Positions 11,733-23,376 of a stretch of 64,000 nucleotides of DNA are shown piece after piece; the stretch's first letter is position 1; every line of letters starts with the position of its first letter. A program made the translations under genes and the position numbers. The DNA lies in the NCBI RefSeq assembly GCF_044704955.1, contig NC_091977.1, positions 220,472,001 through 220,536,000 of the forward strand. The letters are read 5' to 3'. The notes beneath the pieces are model-generated. The model was given only the letters and a program-made list of their open reading frames with translations. It ran no database searches and was not told the DNA's origin. This DNA is from Pristiophorus japonicus (Eukaryota).

Positions 11733-14700
11733 TATTTACAAGTTGAGGCGGTCTGGGGCTCTGCTTTCCTGGGTTGATCGCCTGAGTTGAAGTCCTGACA
11801 TTCAGTGAGTCAGTCAGATCATTGCTGCACTGCGGTGTGGCTGGTCTGATCGGACTGTCGGGCATGGTGGGTTCATCCTCGTGGTTGACCGTGAGGTCGA
11901 TTGCTGGTTGGGTGTGTGTGGGTGGATCATTGATGGTAATGTCCTCTTCAAACTGATCTTGATTGTCAGTGAACCGCAGTTTGGTCTGATCCAAGTGCTT
12001 TCTACACGTTTGTCCATTCAGAAGTGTGACAACAAATACTCTATTCCCCTCCTTGGCTAAAACAGTGGCAGCAAACCATTTGGGACCAGAACCGTAATTA
12101 AGACCAAACACAGGGTCATTGACCTCAATGTCACGCGATACAGCCGCGCGATCATGGTACATGTTATGCCGGTGACGCCGGTTTCTACATGATCATTGAA
12201 AGCCGGGTGGACGAAGGAGAGCCTGGTTTTGAGTGCTCTCTTCATTAGCAATTCTGCCGGGGGAACCCTGGTAAGCAAGTGGGGTCGCGTCCGGTAGCTG
12301 AGCAGGATGCGAGATAACCGGATCTGCAGGGAACCGTCCGTCACGCGTTTCAAGCTCTGCTTGATGGTTTGAACTGCCCGTTCTGCTTGACCATTGGATG
12401 CGGGCTTAAACGGTACAGACCTGACATGCTTGATGCCACTGCGGTCATGAACTTGTTGAATTCCGAGCTGGTGAAACATGGTCCATTGTCACTAACAAGG
12501 ATGTCGGGCAGGCCAAGGGTGGCGAACATGGCCCGGAGGCTTTCAATGGTGGCAGTGGACGTACATGACGACATTATACATTCAATCTATTTAGAGTAAG
12601 CGTCCACTGCTACTAGGAACATCTTTCCTAGAAAGGGACCAGCGAAATCTACGTGGACCCTGGACCACGGTTTGGAGGGCCATGACCACAGACTCAGTGG
12701 TGCCTCCCTTGGTACATTGCTCAACTGTGAGCAAGTGTTAAAGTGGTGTACGCATGACTCCAATTCCGAATCAATGCTGGGCGACCAAACGTGCGACCTG
12801 GCGATGGCCTTCATCATGACTATGCCTGGGTGGGTACTGTGAAGGTTTCATACAAACGTTTCCCTGCCTTTTTTTGGCAAAACTACACGATTCCCCCATA
12901 GGAGACAGCCCGAATGGATGGACATTTCATCCTTGAGTCGGTGAAACGGCTTAATTTCCTCTCGCATTTCCCTAGGAACCACCGACCAGCTCCCATTGAG
13001 GACGCAGCTTTTTACTAGTGATAGCACAGGGTCCTGGCTAGTCCAGGTCCTGATCTGGCGAGCCATGATGGGTGACCCCTTCGCTCTCAAAAGCATCCAT
13101 TACAAGGAGCAAGTCTGCGGGTTGTGCCTTTTCCACCCCGGTGGTGAGCAATGGTAGCCGACTGAGGGTATCAGCACAATTCTCAGTGCCTGGTCTGTGG
13201 CGGATTACAGAGTCATACTCAGATAACGTTAGTGCCCATATTTGGATGCGGGATGAAGCATTGGTGTCAATACCTTTGCTTTCTGAGAACAGCGAAATGA
13301 GTGGCTTGTGGTCGGTTTCAAGCTCGAACCGGAGTCCAAATAGGTATTGGTGCATTTTCTTAACCCTGTATATGCATGCTAATGCTTATTTTTCAACCAT
13401 ACTGTGGGCTCTTTCAGCCTTTGATAAGCTTCTGGATGCATATGCAACCGGTTGCACTTTGCCTGACACATTGGCTTGTGGTAACACACAACCGACCCCG
13501 TACGAAGATGCATCACAAGCTAGTACTAAACGTTTACACGGGTCATACAATACAAGTAACGTTAAAACTTAGCAGGTTTCTGGCCTTGTTAAAGGCTGTT
13601 TCTTAAGATTTACCCCAAACCCAGTCGTCACCCTTGCGTAGTAATAAATGCAATGGTTCCAGCAAAGTGCTCAACCCCGGTAGAAAGTTACCAAAATACC
13701 AAAACTGTGAGCAGTCCCAGGAACAAACATAGCTCCATCACATTCTGTGGTCTGGGCGCATTTTTGATGGCCTCCGTCTTGGAGTCCGTGGGTCTGATGC
13801 CGTCCGTCGCAATCTTTCTCCCCAGAAATTCGACCTCCGGCGCCAGGAAAATACACTTGGAGCGATTCAGCCTGAGTCTCACTCTGTCCAGTTGCTTGAG
13901 AATCTCTTCCAGGTTGTGCAAGTGTTCAGTGGTGTTGCGACCAGTGATCAAGATGTTGTCTTGAAACACCACGGTGCGCGGAACCGATTTCAGCAGACTC
14001 TCCATGTTCCTCTGGAAGATGGCCGCCGCCGAGTGAATCCCAAAGGGGCATCTGTGGTATATGAACAGTCCTTTGTGCATGTTGATGCACATCAATTTTT
14101 TCGAAGGTTCAGCCAGCTCCTATGTCATGTAAGCAGAGGTTAGATCCAGCTTGGTGAACGATTTCCCCCCCCTGCTAGTGTTGCGAACAGATCATCCGCT
14201 TTGGGTAGTGGGTACTGGTCCTGTAACGAGACTCGGTTGATTGTTACCTTGTAGCCCCCACAGATTCTGACCATCCTATCGCTTTTCAACACTGGAACAA
14301 TTGGACTGGCCCACTCGTTGAACTCGACTGGCAATATGATCCCCTCTCGTTGAAGTCTGTCCAGCTCGATCTCGACTTTTTCTCGCATTATATATGGAAC
14401 TGCTCGGGCATTGTGATGAACGGGTTGTGCATCAGGGACTAGATGGATCTGCACTTTGGCGCCTGTGAAATTGCCGATGCCTGGCTCGAATAACGATACG
14501 AATTTGTTTAGCACTTGGGCGCACAAGGCGTCATCTACTGAAGACATTGCTTTGATGTCGTCCCAGTTCCATCGGATCTTTCCTAGCCAGCTTCTGCCGA
14601 ACAGCGTTGGGCCATCGCCTGGTACAATCCATAGTGATAAATCATGCACAGCTCCATCGTACGATACCTTCACTGCCGCACTGCCAATGACTGGTATGAG

Positions 14701-15788
14701 CTCTTTGGTGTAAGTGCGCAGTTTGGTGTGGATTGGGCTTAGTTTTGGCCTTTGTGCCTTGTTGCCCCACAGTTTCTCAAAGGCCTTCTGGCTCATAATT
14801 GACTGACTCGCCCCCGTGTCCAATTCTACGGAAACTGGAATGCCGTTTAATTTGACTTTTAACATTATCGGAGGGCTTTTGGTGGTGAAGGTGTGTACCC
14901 AATACACTTCCTCTTCAGCCTCGGGTTGAGTTGCCTCTCTTACTCGTTCAGCGTGATCCGCGCCGGATCGGTCATCTTCTGCCAACTCTGCCACGTGGTG
15001 AGTCGCAGTACGTCTGCACATTCGCTGGAGGTGCCCCATTATTCCACAGCCCTTGCACACGTAGTGCTTGAATCGACATTGATGGGCTCAATGATTACCC
15101 CCGCAGCGCCAACATAGTGCTAATTGATTAATATTCACGCCCCACGGCGGGCTCTGAGTCATCCTAGGTCTGGCCTCTGCAGGCGTGTAGGCCCTGCCAT
15201 GTACAGTTCTGCCTGCTGAAGGCGTTATTTTATGCACAATACTTGCCGGTGAACTTCGGTGCTGCAATGAAATCTCTTTAGTGTTATCGTTCGTGGACAT
15301 GAAAGCCTGGCCTTACTCAGATCGAGGGATTCGGCAGACAGCAGTTTGCGAAGAATGACCTCGTGGCCGATTCCAAGCACACAAAAGTCCCACAGCACTT
15401 CCCCCAAACATCCAGCAAATATACACGGTCCCGCAAGGCGTCTTAGATCGGCGACATAACTCGCCACGTCCTGGCCCTCGACGCGATGGTGCGTATAAAA
15501 CCGATACCTGGCCATCAAGATGCTCTCCTTCGTCTTGAGGTGTTCCTGAACCAGCGTGCACAACTCTTCATATGTCTTCTCCGTTGGTTTCGTCGGTGCT
15601 AGCAGATTTTTGATGAGGCCATATATCGTGGACTCGCAAACTGTGAGGAGAATCGCCCTGCGCTTGACTGCGGTTTCTGCCTTTTCCAGCTCGTTGGCCA
15701 CGAAGTACTGGTGAAGACGCTCAACGAAGGCTTCCCAATCATCACCCTCAACAAGTCTCTCAAGAATACCAACGTCAGCCATAACCAC
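11733..15788 (-). pseudogene. G1 gag-pol, disrupted by frameshifts and stops
   Basis: Gag (DDWEAFVERL), two Zn knuckles (CWRCGGNH, CKGCGIMGHLQRMC), protease ELDTGAS, RT VFQDNIL, RNase H ETDHKPL, integrase RVHVDFAGP / SDNGPCF / SNGQAER spread over many ORF fragments. Confidence 0.95.
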
Positions 15789-15821
15789 GTGAAAATTTGT
15801 GATCTGTTACTCGTCGACAAT

Positions 15822-16034
15822 TGTTATGTTCAGAATAACTCCACAAGACTGTATATTGTAAGCTCAAACTGTTGTGACCTTGGTCTCTTTAATGTAACTC
15901 CAGAGTGAGGAAGCAGCATGGGAGACTGAGTTTTATACCTGCTTGCCTAGGATGTGCAGGTGACCCTTGGGTCTCCCACAGGTCCGCCCCCTGGTGGCAA
16001 GTCTTACACATTGGTAATGTTTACATACATAACA
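15822..16034 (-). repeat. 5' LTR of G1
   Basis: Direct repeat of 11479-11691; adjacent to the PBS-like sequence. Confidence 0.95.
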
Positions 16035-16589
16035 GAAATGTGCAGATGTTTCTCCCATTGCTAAATTCCTGGGGCCCATTTTTTAGGCGTTTTTAGTGAA
16101 TGCCTAAAATGGGCGCTAGGCCCCATGAAGGACCCCTTGCTCAAATTAGTCAGCTGGTGAGTGGGTCAGCCATCAGACCTCAGGATTATTCAGCAGCTGG
16201 TTTTAGGATGACACCGTTGCTGTGGAGCCAGGAGGAGCAGGAGAGCGTCCTCCGGCTCGACAGACGATACCGGCAAATTTCTTTCCATGCATTTCTCAGA
16301 AATGTCTCATTGAGCTTCACATCAAATACTTTGAAGTCTACTGATTTTTGTCATGCAGGCAAAGCTGGCAGCCATTTTTGTACACTGCAAGATCCCACAA
16401 ACAGCAATGGTATGAATGACACATTACTCAGCTTTTGGTTGTTGGTTGAGGGAGGAATGTTGACCAAGAAACTGGGCTGAACTCCCTGATTATCTTTGAA
16501 TCGTGGTCTATGGTCTTTTAACAGGAAGGTCAATTGAAAACTGTCTTATAAGGGTATACAAATATCAATCTAAAATGTCCAAACTAGAA

Positions 16590-16778
16590 TCATCGAATCG
16601 TACAGCACAGAAGGAGGATTTTCGGCCTATCGTGACTGCTGGCTCTTTGAAAAAGCTGTCCAATTAGTCCCACTCCCCCGCTCTTTCCCCGTAGAATGGC
16701 AAATTTTTCTGTTTCAAGTATTTATGCAGTTCCCTTTTGAAAGTTATTATTGAATCTGCTTCCACTGCCTTTTCAACT
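16590..16778 (-). mobile_element. CR1 3'-end fragment
   Basis: VEADSIITFKRELHKYLK...GERAGEWD translation and 3' UTR. Confidence 0.8.
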
Positions 16779-16779
16779 A

Positions 16780-17155
16780 GTGTCAGCCATGGCTCAGTTG
16801 ATGGCACTCTCGCCTCTGAGTCGAAAGGTTGTGGATTCATAGTCCCGCTCCAGAGACTTGAGCACAAAAATCCAGGCTGACACTCCAGTGCAGTACTGAG
16901 GGAGTGCTGCACTGTCTTTTGGATGAGATATTAAACTGAGGCTCTGTATATCCTCTCAAGTGGACATAAAAGATCCCATGGCAGTATTTCGAAGAAGAGC
17001 AATTTTTAATCCCTCAATCAACATCATTAAAAACAGATGAACTGGTCATTATCACATTGCTGTTTGTAGGAGCTTGCTGTGTGAAAATTGGTGTTTCCCA
17101 CATTACAAAAGTATAAAGGCAAAAATACTTCATTGGCTGTAAAGTGCTTTGGGTT
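16780..17155 (+). mobile_element. tRNA-headed DeuSINE (SacSINE1-like)
   Basis: A-box-like TGGCTCAGTTGATGG, B-box-like GGATTCATAGTCCC, then AAAAGATCCCATGGCA and Deu-like GGTCATTATCACATTGCTGTTTGT. Confidence 0.87.
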
Positions 17156-18532
17156 AGAACATGAAAAACACAATTGCAATGCTTTCTTGGTGTTACTATC
17201 GCAATTAAAACACCGTGTTAATTTTAATCACCTGTCTTCTTAAGATGAGGGATGTTGGGGAATGGATAGTGTCCCCCTCCCCTTTTATAGGGGGCACTTG
17301 TAAAATTTATGATTTTATTGCCCCCCAAAAAATCACAAAAAACCCCCCAAAAAGTCAAAAAAAAACAACAAAAAAAAAGGGCAGTTGAAAAATGTTTGGA
17401 GTGTCCCCCAGATTGGGGGGCACTTGACTTAACTGGTTAATTTTGTCACCTATCAAAAGAGTTGTTGGGGAATGGAAGTGTTGGCATTTCAGGCACCCAG
17501 TGTCACTATCAAACACTCCCAGCCGTAGCCCCACAAAATCCATCATATCCCCCCTCCCCCCAAACATTTTACACCCAAAATACAGTAAAGAAGGGTCCTG
17601 ATCAACATTTCAAATAACCACATTTTCCCCTCATGTGGATCAGGTTGAATTTGAACTCGAGTTTGCTGCCTTCCAGACAGACTTGCATTTCTATAGTGCC
17701 TTTCACGACCTCAGGACGTTCCAAAGTGCTTTACATCGAATGAAGTACTTTTCCCTCGTGATGATGGCACTGCACATGACTGTAATCGGCAACACATAAT
17801 TGTGTTTGAAGGATGTCCTGGAGCTGATCCAAGTGCGATGCCTAAATCCGTAACCAGAGAGAGCAGTTTACAACCAGTTCCAGAGTGAGCACAGGAATGC
17901 AAACCGTAAAACATCCAACCTCACAGACTAGCCGGGTTTGTGTTGTTTCTCTATTAACATGTCTTCATAAAAGAAACATGCGCACAGACTTTAAAGTCAT
18001 TTTATTGGTTCCCTTCTCAAACTTCATGAGAAATAAATATATTCCTTGAAAATTACATAATAGCAGCAATAATTGGAAAATAAAACGTTGATATGAATCA
18101 AATACACAAACTTGTAATGATGATTTAACAGAAAGTAAATCCATTTTGCATTATGTGGCATGGAGGAGAGGCTTCTGCTTTGGTTAAGTCACTAAGCCAT
18201 GGCCTACTTGTAGCCTCATTTATTGACTGCAGTGAAAAATGCTAAGCTGTCCTGTGGAGCATCTAAGTATTGACATGCTTCTTTAGAGATGGCCTAAGTG
18301 TGACTCTCCTTCAAGAGATTAGTCATTTGTCCTAATGTGACAGAAAGCAGTGCAAATGTGATTCATCTCCAAACCATAGTGTGACCAATTGGTTATTGAC
18401 TGACAATATTCTATCTGCTGGATGATAAGTCAGCACACTGCCAAAGTGCAGCAATAGCACAGAAGCTCCAATCCTAAAATACAGCCATGCTTGGAACATG
18501 GCTATAGATCAGTTATTCTCCTTAGCACCCCA

Positions 18533-18690
18533 AACACACACACTCATTCACTCATAGACATATATACTCAGACTCTCACAGACACACACACTCACTCAAT
18601 CACAGACATGCATACACACACTCGCTCACTCACAGACACACACTCACTCACTCACACAGACGCACATACTCAGACACTCACTCACTCTCA

Positions 18691-18737
<47 letters not shown>

Positions 18738-18740
18738 TCA
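18533..18740. repeat. (CA)n / CACT microsatellite, interrupted by an RTE and resuming near 19470-19562
   Basis: Direct sequence. Confidence 0.92.
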
Positions 18741-19470
18741 CCAGTGCACCAGTGCATCCTTCGGCCGCCTGAGGAAAAGAGTGTTCGAAAATCAGGCCCT
18801 CAAATCTGGCACCAAGCTTATGGTCTACAGGGCTGTAGTGATACCTGCCCTCCTGTATGGCTCAGAGCCGTAGACCATATACAGTAGACACCTCAAATCG
18901 CTGGAGAAATACCACCAGTGATGCCTCCGCATGATCCTGCAAATCCGCTGCGAGGACAAATTCACCAACGTCAGTGTTCTCAATCAGGCCAACATTCCCA
19001 ACATCAAAGCACTAACCACACTCGACCAGCTTCGTTGGGCGGGCCACATTGTCTGCGTGCCCAACACAAGACTCCCAAAGCAAACGCTCTACTCGGAACT
19101 CCTACACGGCAAGTGAGCCCCAGGTGGGCAGAGGAAACGTTTGAAGGACACCCTCCTTGATAAAGTGCAACATCCACACCGACACCTGGGAGTCTCTGGC
19201 CAAAGACCACCCTAAGTGGAGGAAGAGCATCCGGAAGGGCGCTGAGCACCTTGAGTCTCATCGCCGAGAGCTTGCAGAAAACAAGCACAGGCAGCGGAAA
19301 GAGCGTGCGGCAAACCAGACTCCCCACCCACCCTTTCCTCCAACGACTGCATGTCTCGCCTTCGACAGAGACTGTAATTCCCATATTGGACTGTTCAGTC
19401 ACCTGAGAACTCACTTTTGGAGTGGAAGCAAGTCTTTCTCGATTTCGAGGGACTGCCTATGATAAGATGA
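18741..19470 (+). mobile_element. 5'-truncated RTE-clade LINE (3' end)
   Basis: FGRLRKRVF..TKLMVYRAVVIPALLYGSE..QLRWAGHI..RLPKQ motifs, degenerate C-terminal C2H2 (..HIGLFSHLRTH), tail CGAGGGACTGCCTATGATAAGATGA. Confidence 0.9.
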
Positions 19471-20079
19471 CTCACGCACAGACACCCGCTCACTCATTCA
19501 CACGCTCACTCATTCACATGCTCACTCACACAGATTCACTCGCACACACAGATATGCACACATGTAAACAAATACCTTAATGTTACAAAACTTGAATTGT
19601 AATAAACTGAAATGGATTTTTCACAGACTAGTTTATGTATTCTGCATGTTGAATATAATCTGTGATTTCCAAGCTGGAGTGTCCAACCGTACAGCTCATT
19701 TCAGAACAGAAATGAAAGCTGTGATTAATTGTTGCAGGATGTTTAATTTCTGTACCTTAATGGAAAATATGAACATATTTATAGTAAGGGTTAAATTCTC
19801 TTTGCATTTAGCAACACAAACGCATTTTGCTGTGGTGCACATTTATTGTGACGTGCTCTCCTCCATGTATTCCTCCGTGTAATCAATTTATTTCAAAGGA
19901 AAATGCGGAGAGGATATTAATGGAGGGATTCTGCTGGCTGACTTAATTTTAAGTAACGCCATTTACACAATCGTGGCAATTTAGAGCACTGGTCCAGATG
20001 AGAGCTAGTGTGACACACAGCTGCAGATTTGTGATGGTTACATTTTGTTAAATAAAAAAAATATATAATTGGCTCCTTT

Positions 20080-20510
20080 TGAAAGTTGCTATTGAATCTG
20101 TTTCCACCACCCTTTCAGGCAGTGCATTCCAGATCACATAAACTTGTTATGTAAAATCATTTACCTTGTCTCATTTCTGGTTCGTTTGCCAATTATTTTA
20201 AATGTGTCTTCTGGTTACTGACCCTCCTGCCAAATGAAACAGTTTCTCCCTATTCTCCACATCAAAACCCCTCATAATTTTGAACATCTCTAAAAAAAAT
20301 CTCCACTTAACATTCTCTCCTCTAAGGAGAACAACCTGAGCTTCTCCTGTACCTCCACATAACTGAAGTCCCTCATTCCTGGTATTCTAATAAATTTTCT
20401 CTGTATCCTCTCCAAGCCCTTGACATCCTTTCTAAAGTGTGGAACCCAGAATTGGCCACAATACTTCAGCTGATGCCTAACCAGTGATTTGTAAAGTTTT
20501 AACATTGACA
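20080..20510 (-). mobile_element. Old CR1 ORF2 C-terminal fragment
   Basis: LYKSLVRHQLKYCGQFWVPHFRKDVKGLERIQR. Confidence 0.87.
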
Positions 20511-20589
20511 TGCGCATTTGTAAACCAAGATCCTATACACCATTCTTTGCCCATTAATAGTGCAGCCCTGCGAGTCAAGAGCCAGTCGC

Positions 20590-21031
20590 AGGCCACATTG
20601 TTCACATGCCAGACATGAGACTCCCAAAGCAAGCGCTCTACTCGGAACTCCTTCACGGCAAACGAGCCAAAGGTGGGCAGAGGAAATGTTACAAGGACAC
20701 CCTCAAAGCCTCCCTGAAAAAGTGCAGCATTCCCACCGACACCTGGGAGTTCCTGGCCAAAGACCGCCCTAAGTGAAGGAAGTGCATTCGGGAGGGCGCT
20801 GAGCATCTTGAGTCTCATTGCTGAGAGCATGCAGAAATCAAGCGCAGACAGCAGAAAGAGCATGCGGCAAACCTGTCCCACCCTCCCTTACCCTCAACGA
20901 CTATCTGTCCCACCTGTGACAGGGACTGTGGTTCTCGTATAGGACTGTTCAGTCACCGAAGGACTCATTTTAAGAGTGGAAGCAAGTCTTCCTCGATTCC
21001 GAGTGACTGCCTGTGATGATGATGACGATGA
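20590..21031 (+). mobile_element. Second truncated RTE copy, same family as 18741-19470
   Basis: Near-identical 3' region with CPTCDRDCGSRIGLFSH and a (TGA)n tail. Confidence 0.9.
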
Positions 21032-21354
21032 GTCACTGGTCGTACAGAGCAGAGTTAAGGCGGAGCCAACACAAACAAACATCAAACATTAAGACTGCCA
21101 GGTGTCCCTTGGTGAAAAAGTTGTTTTAAAGTGGAGCCAGAATAAAGGTAGCATCTAAATGTATAGTAAATGTGACTTGCACTATTCTGATGTCAAGTCT
21201 TCCATGTGAGGGCTTTCAGAAGAAATTTTAATTATTCTTGAAATCAATATATTTCCAAAGTGCATATTTAAAAAAATCTTACAGTTTAGCTGATTAAGTA
21301 ATCACAAGATTCTATTTATAAATCTGTCCATTTTTCTAAAAGAACATACGCTTT

Positions 21355-22060
21355 TATATCCCTCCATGGCCTCGCCCCTCCCTATTGTCTAACCCTCTCC
21401 AGCCTATAACCCTCCACTCCTCCAATTCTGGCCTCTTGCATAACCTGATGTTAATCGCTCCACCATTGGTAGCCATGCCTTCAGCTGCCTGGGCTCTAAG
21501 CTCTGGAATTCCCTCCCTAAACATCACTGCCTCTCTCCCTCTATCTCCTCTTTGTAGACGCTCCTTAAAATCTACAGAGAGACTGCTGCACTGTCGGAGG
21601 TGTTGTCTTTCGGATGATACGTTAAACCGAGGCCCCGTCTGCTCTCTCAAGTGGATGTAAAAGATCCCATGGCACTATTTTGAAGAAGAACAGGGGAGTT
21701 ATCCCCGGTGTCCTGGCCAATATTTATCCCTCAATCAACATAACAAAAACAGATTATCTGGTCATTATCACATTGCCGTTTGTGGGAGCTTGCTGTGCAC
21801 AAATTGGCTGCCACGTTTCCCACATTCCAACAGTAATTACATTCTAAAAATACTTCATTAGCTGTTAAGCGCTTTGAGACATCCAGTGGTTGTGAAAGAC
21901 TGGAACTCTTTCTTTACCTCTTTGACCAAGCTTTTGGTCACCTATCCTAACATCTCCTTATGTGGCTTGGTGTCAAAATTTGTTTGATTACACTCCTGTG
22001 AAGTGCCTTGCGACATTTTACTACCTTAAAGGCGCTATATAAATGCAAGTTGTTGTTGTT
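21355..22060 (+). mobile_element. L2 LINE 3' fragment interrupted by a DeuSINE
   Basis: CCATGGCCTCGCCCCTCCCTAT..GCCTTCAGCTGCCTGGG..AAGCTCTGGAATTCCCT as at the L2 end (57480-57633); tail GCGCTATATAAATGCAAGTTGTTGTTG. Confidence 0.8.
21577..21900 (+). mobile_element. DeuSINE nested in the L2 fragment
   Basis: Matches the SINE body at 16900-17155; L2 sequence resumes near 21915 (TACCTCTTTGACCAAGCTTTTGGTCACC). Confidence 0.85.
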
Positions 22061-22134
22061 TTGTGCTATTGTATACCGGATAATGCACATATCATCAACG
22101 CACAAACCATGTCATTTGTCTCCAATCATATGGA

Positions 22135-22368
22135 AAGCAAAATACCACAGATGCTGGACTTCAGAAATAAAAACAGAAAATGCTGGAAACACTCAGCAGG
22201 TCAGGCAGCATCTGTGGAGAGAGAAAGGTGGATTGACCTTTTAGATTGATGAATCCTTATCAGAACTCCGACGAAAAATCATTGACCTGAAACATTAACT
22301 CTGTTTCTCTCTCCGCAGATTTTGCCTGACCTGCTGAGTGTTTGCAGCATTTTCTGTTTTGATTTCAA
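22135..22368. mobile_element. Inverted-repeat element, probably derived from a Penelope-like pseudo-LTR, with a degenerate hammerhead core
   Basis: Arms AACAGAAAATGCTGGAAACACTCAGCAGGTCAGGCA..GGAGAGAGAAA and TTTCTCTCTCC..TGCCTGACCTGCTGAGTGTTTGCAGCATTTTCTGTT; CCGACGA-N14-GAAAC at 22268-22293. Confidence 0.7.
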
Positions 22369-23376
22369 GTCATACTGACATTTCTTTCTTCCATTCCTAA
22401 ATGAAAATGAGAGTGCAATTGTGATCTTAGTACATTGTTGTTTAGTCCCAATTGGTTCCCTGCTTAAGTCCGTATGTTTATAGTCAGTCCTGCTCTATGC
22501 AAGTTGGGTTATTAGTGATTTTTTTGCCTGCCTAAACCTATTAGACCTAATGGTGTTCCCTTATATTGGCAGCAGACTGCAAAGTAACAGACTGCTCAGC
22601 AGTTCATCTTGTGATAAATAACTGCTGGCGAAAGCAGGACACACACAATTCTCTGCTTCAGTATTTTGGTCAACAAAATCTGCTCCATGTAACAGAAATG
22701 ATGATTACAAAGCTACATTTACAAATCTGTTATTACACTTCAAGTATATGTTCAAAGTTCCACTGAAATGATGACCCTCACCCCAACATAAAGCAATCTG
22801 TCTTGAAAAAAAAAAGAAATACGTTTAAGATATTTAGAAATTCAATCTGCCTCACCATACATTCCTTATCCATTGTAGAGTGTCACAGGCCTTTCATTTG
22901 CAATGTTTGGTCAAGGTCTAGTCCAGACCTTTTGACTGCAACTTCAGTCAGTCAATACCTTAAGAATATCTCATTTTATTGGTACTCATTTTCAAACATC
23001 ATGAATCCTTTTGTACTGCAGAACATGTCATGGAAAATGAACTGGGTAATAATAACCAATTTCAGCAATTCCACCGTTTTCTGCCCTTTAGAAAGCACTC
23101 GAGTGGCTTGTACCCGTGGCATGTGGGTAAATTATAACTCGCACTCCTCTGGCCAGAAAGTGTCTGGGACATTAAGTAGTCCATATTTATTACATCTATC
23201 AGTTCCTTAAGCTTGTAATTCGTATTCAAAGATGTATTAGATCTAACATTCTCTGCACTGGAAACAGGCCTCTTGTAGAATAAACATAGAAACATAGAAA
23301 ATAGGTGCAGGAGTAGGCCATTCGGCCCTTTGAGCCTGCACCACCATTCAATGAGTTCATGGCTGAACATGCAACT

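Larger units (their letters stand above)
11479..16034 (-). mobile_element. Complete Gypsy/Ty3 LTR retrotransposon (Mag/K02A2.6-like), decayed; element G1
   Basis: Two 213-bp LTRs with TGTTATG...CATAACA termini, 5-bp TSD GAAAT (11474-78 and 16035-39), degenerate PBS near 15808-15820, G-tract PPT near 11701-11718, gag-PR-RT-RH-IN order. Confidence 0.97.

Noticed and set aside
16780-16860. tRNA gene
   Set aside because: It is the tRNA-derived head of a SINE and continues directly into the SINE body
17270-17460. Tx1/L1-like 3' UTR remnant (GGGGGCACTTG repeated, A-rich)
   Set aside because: No adjacent coding remnant to confirm the family
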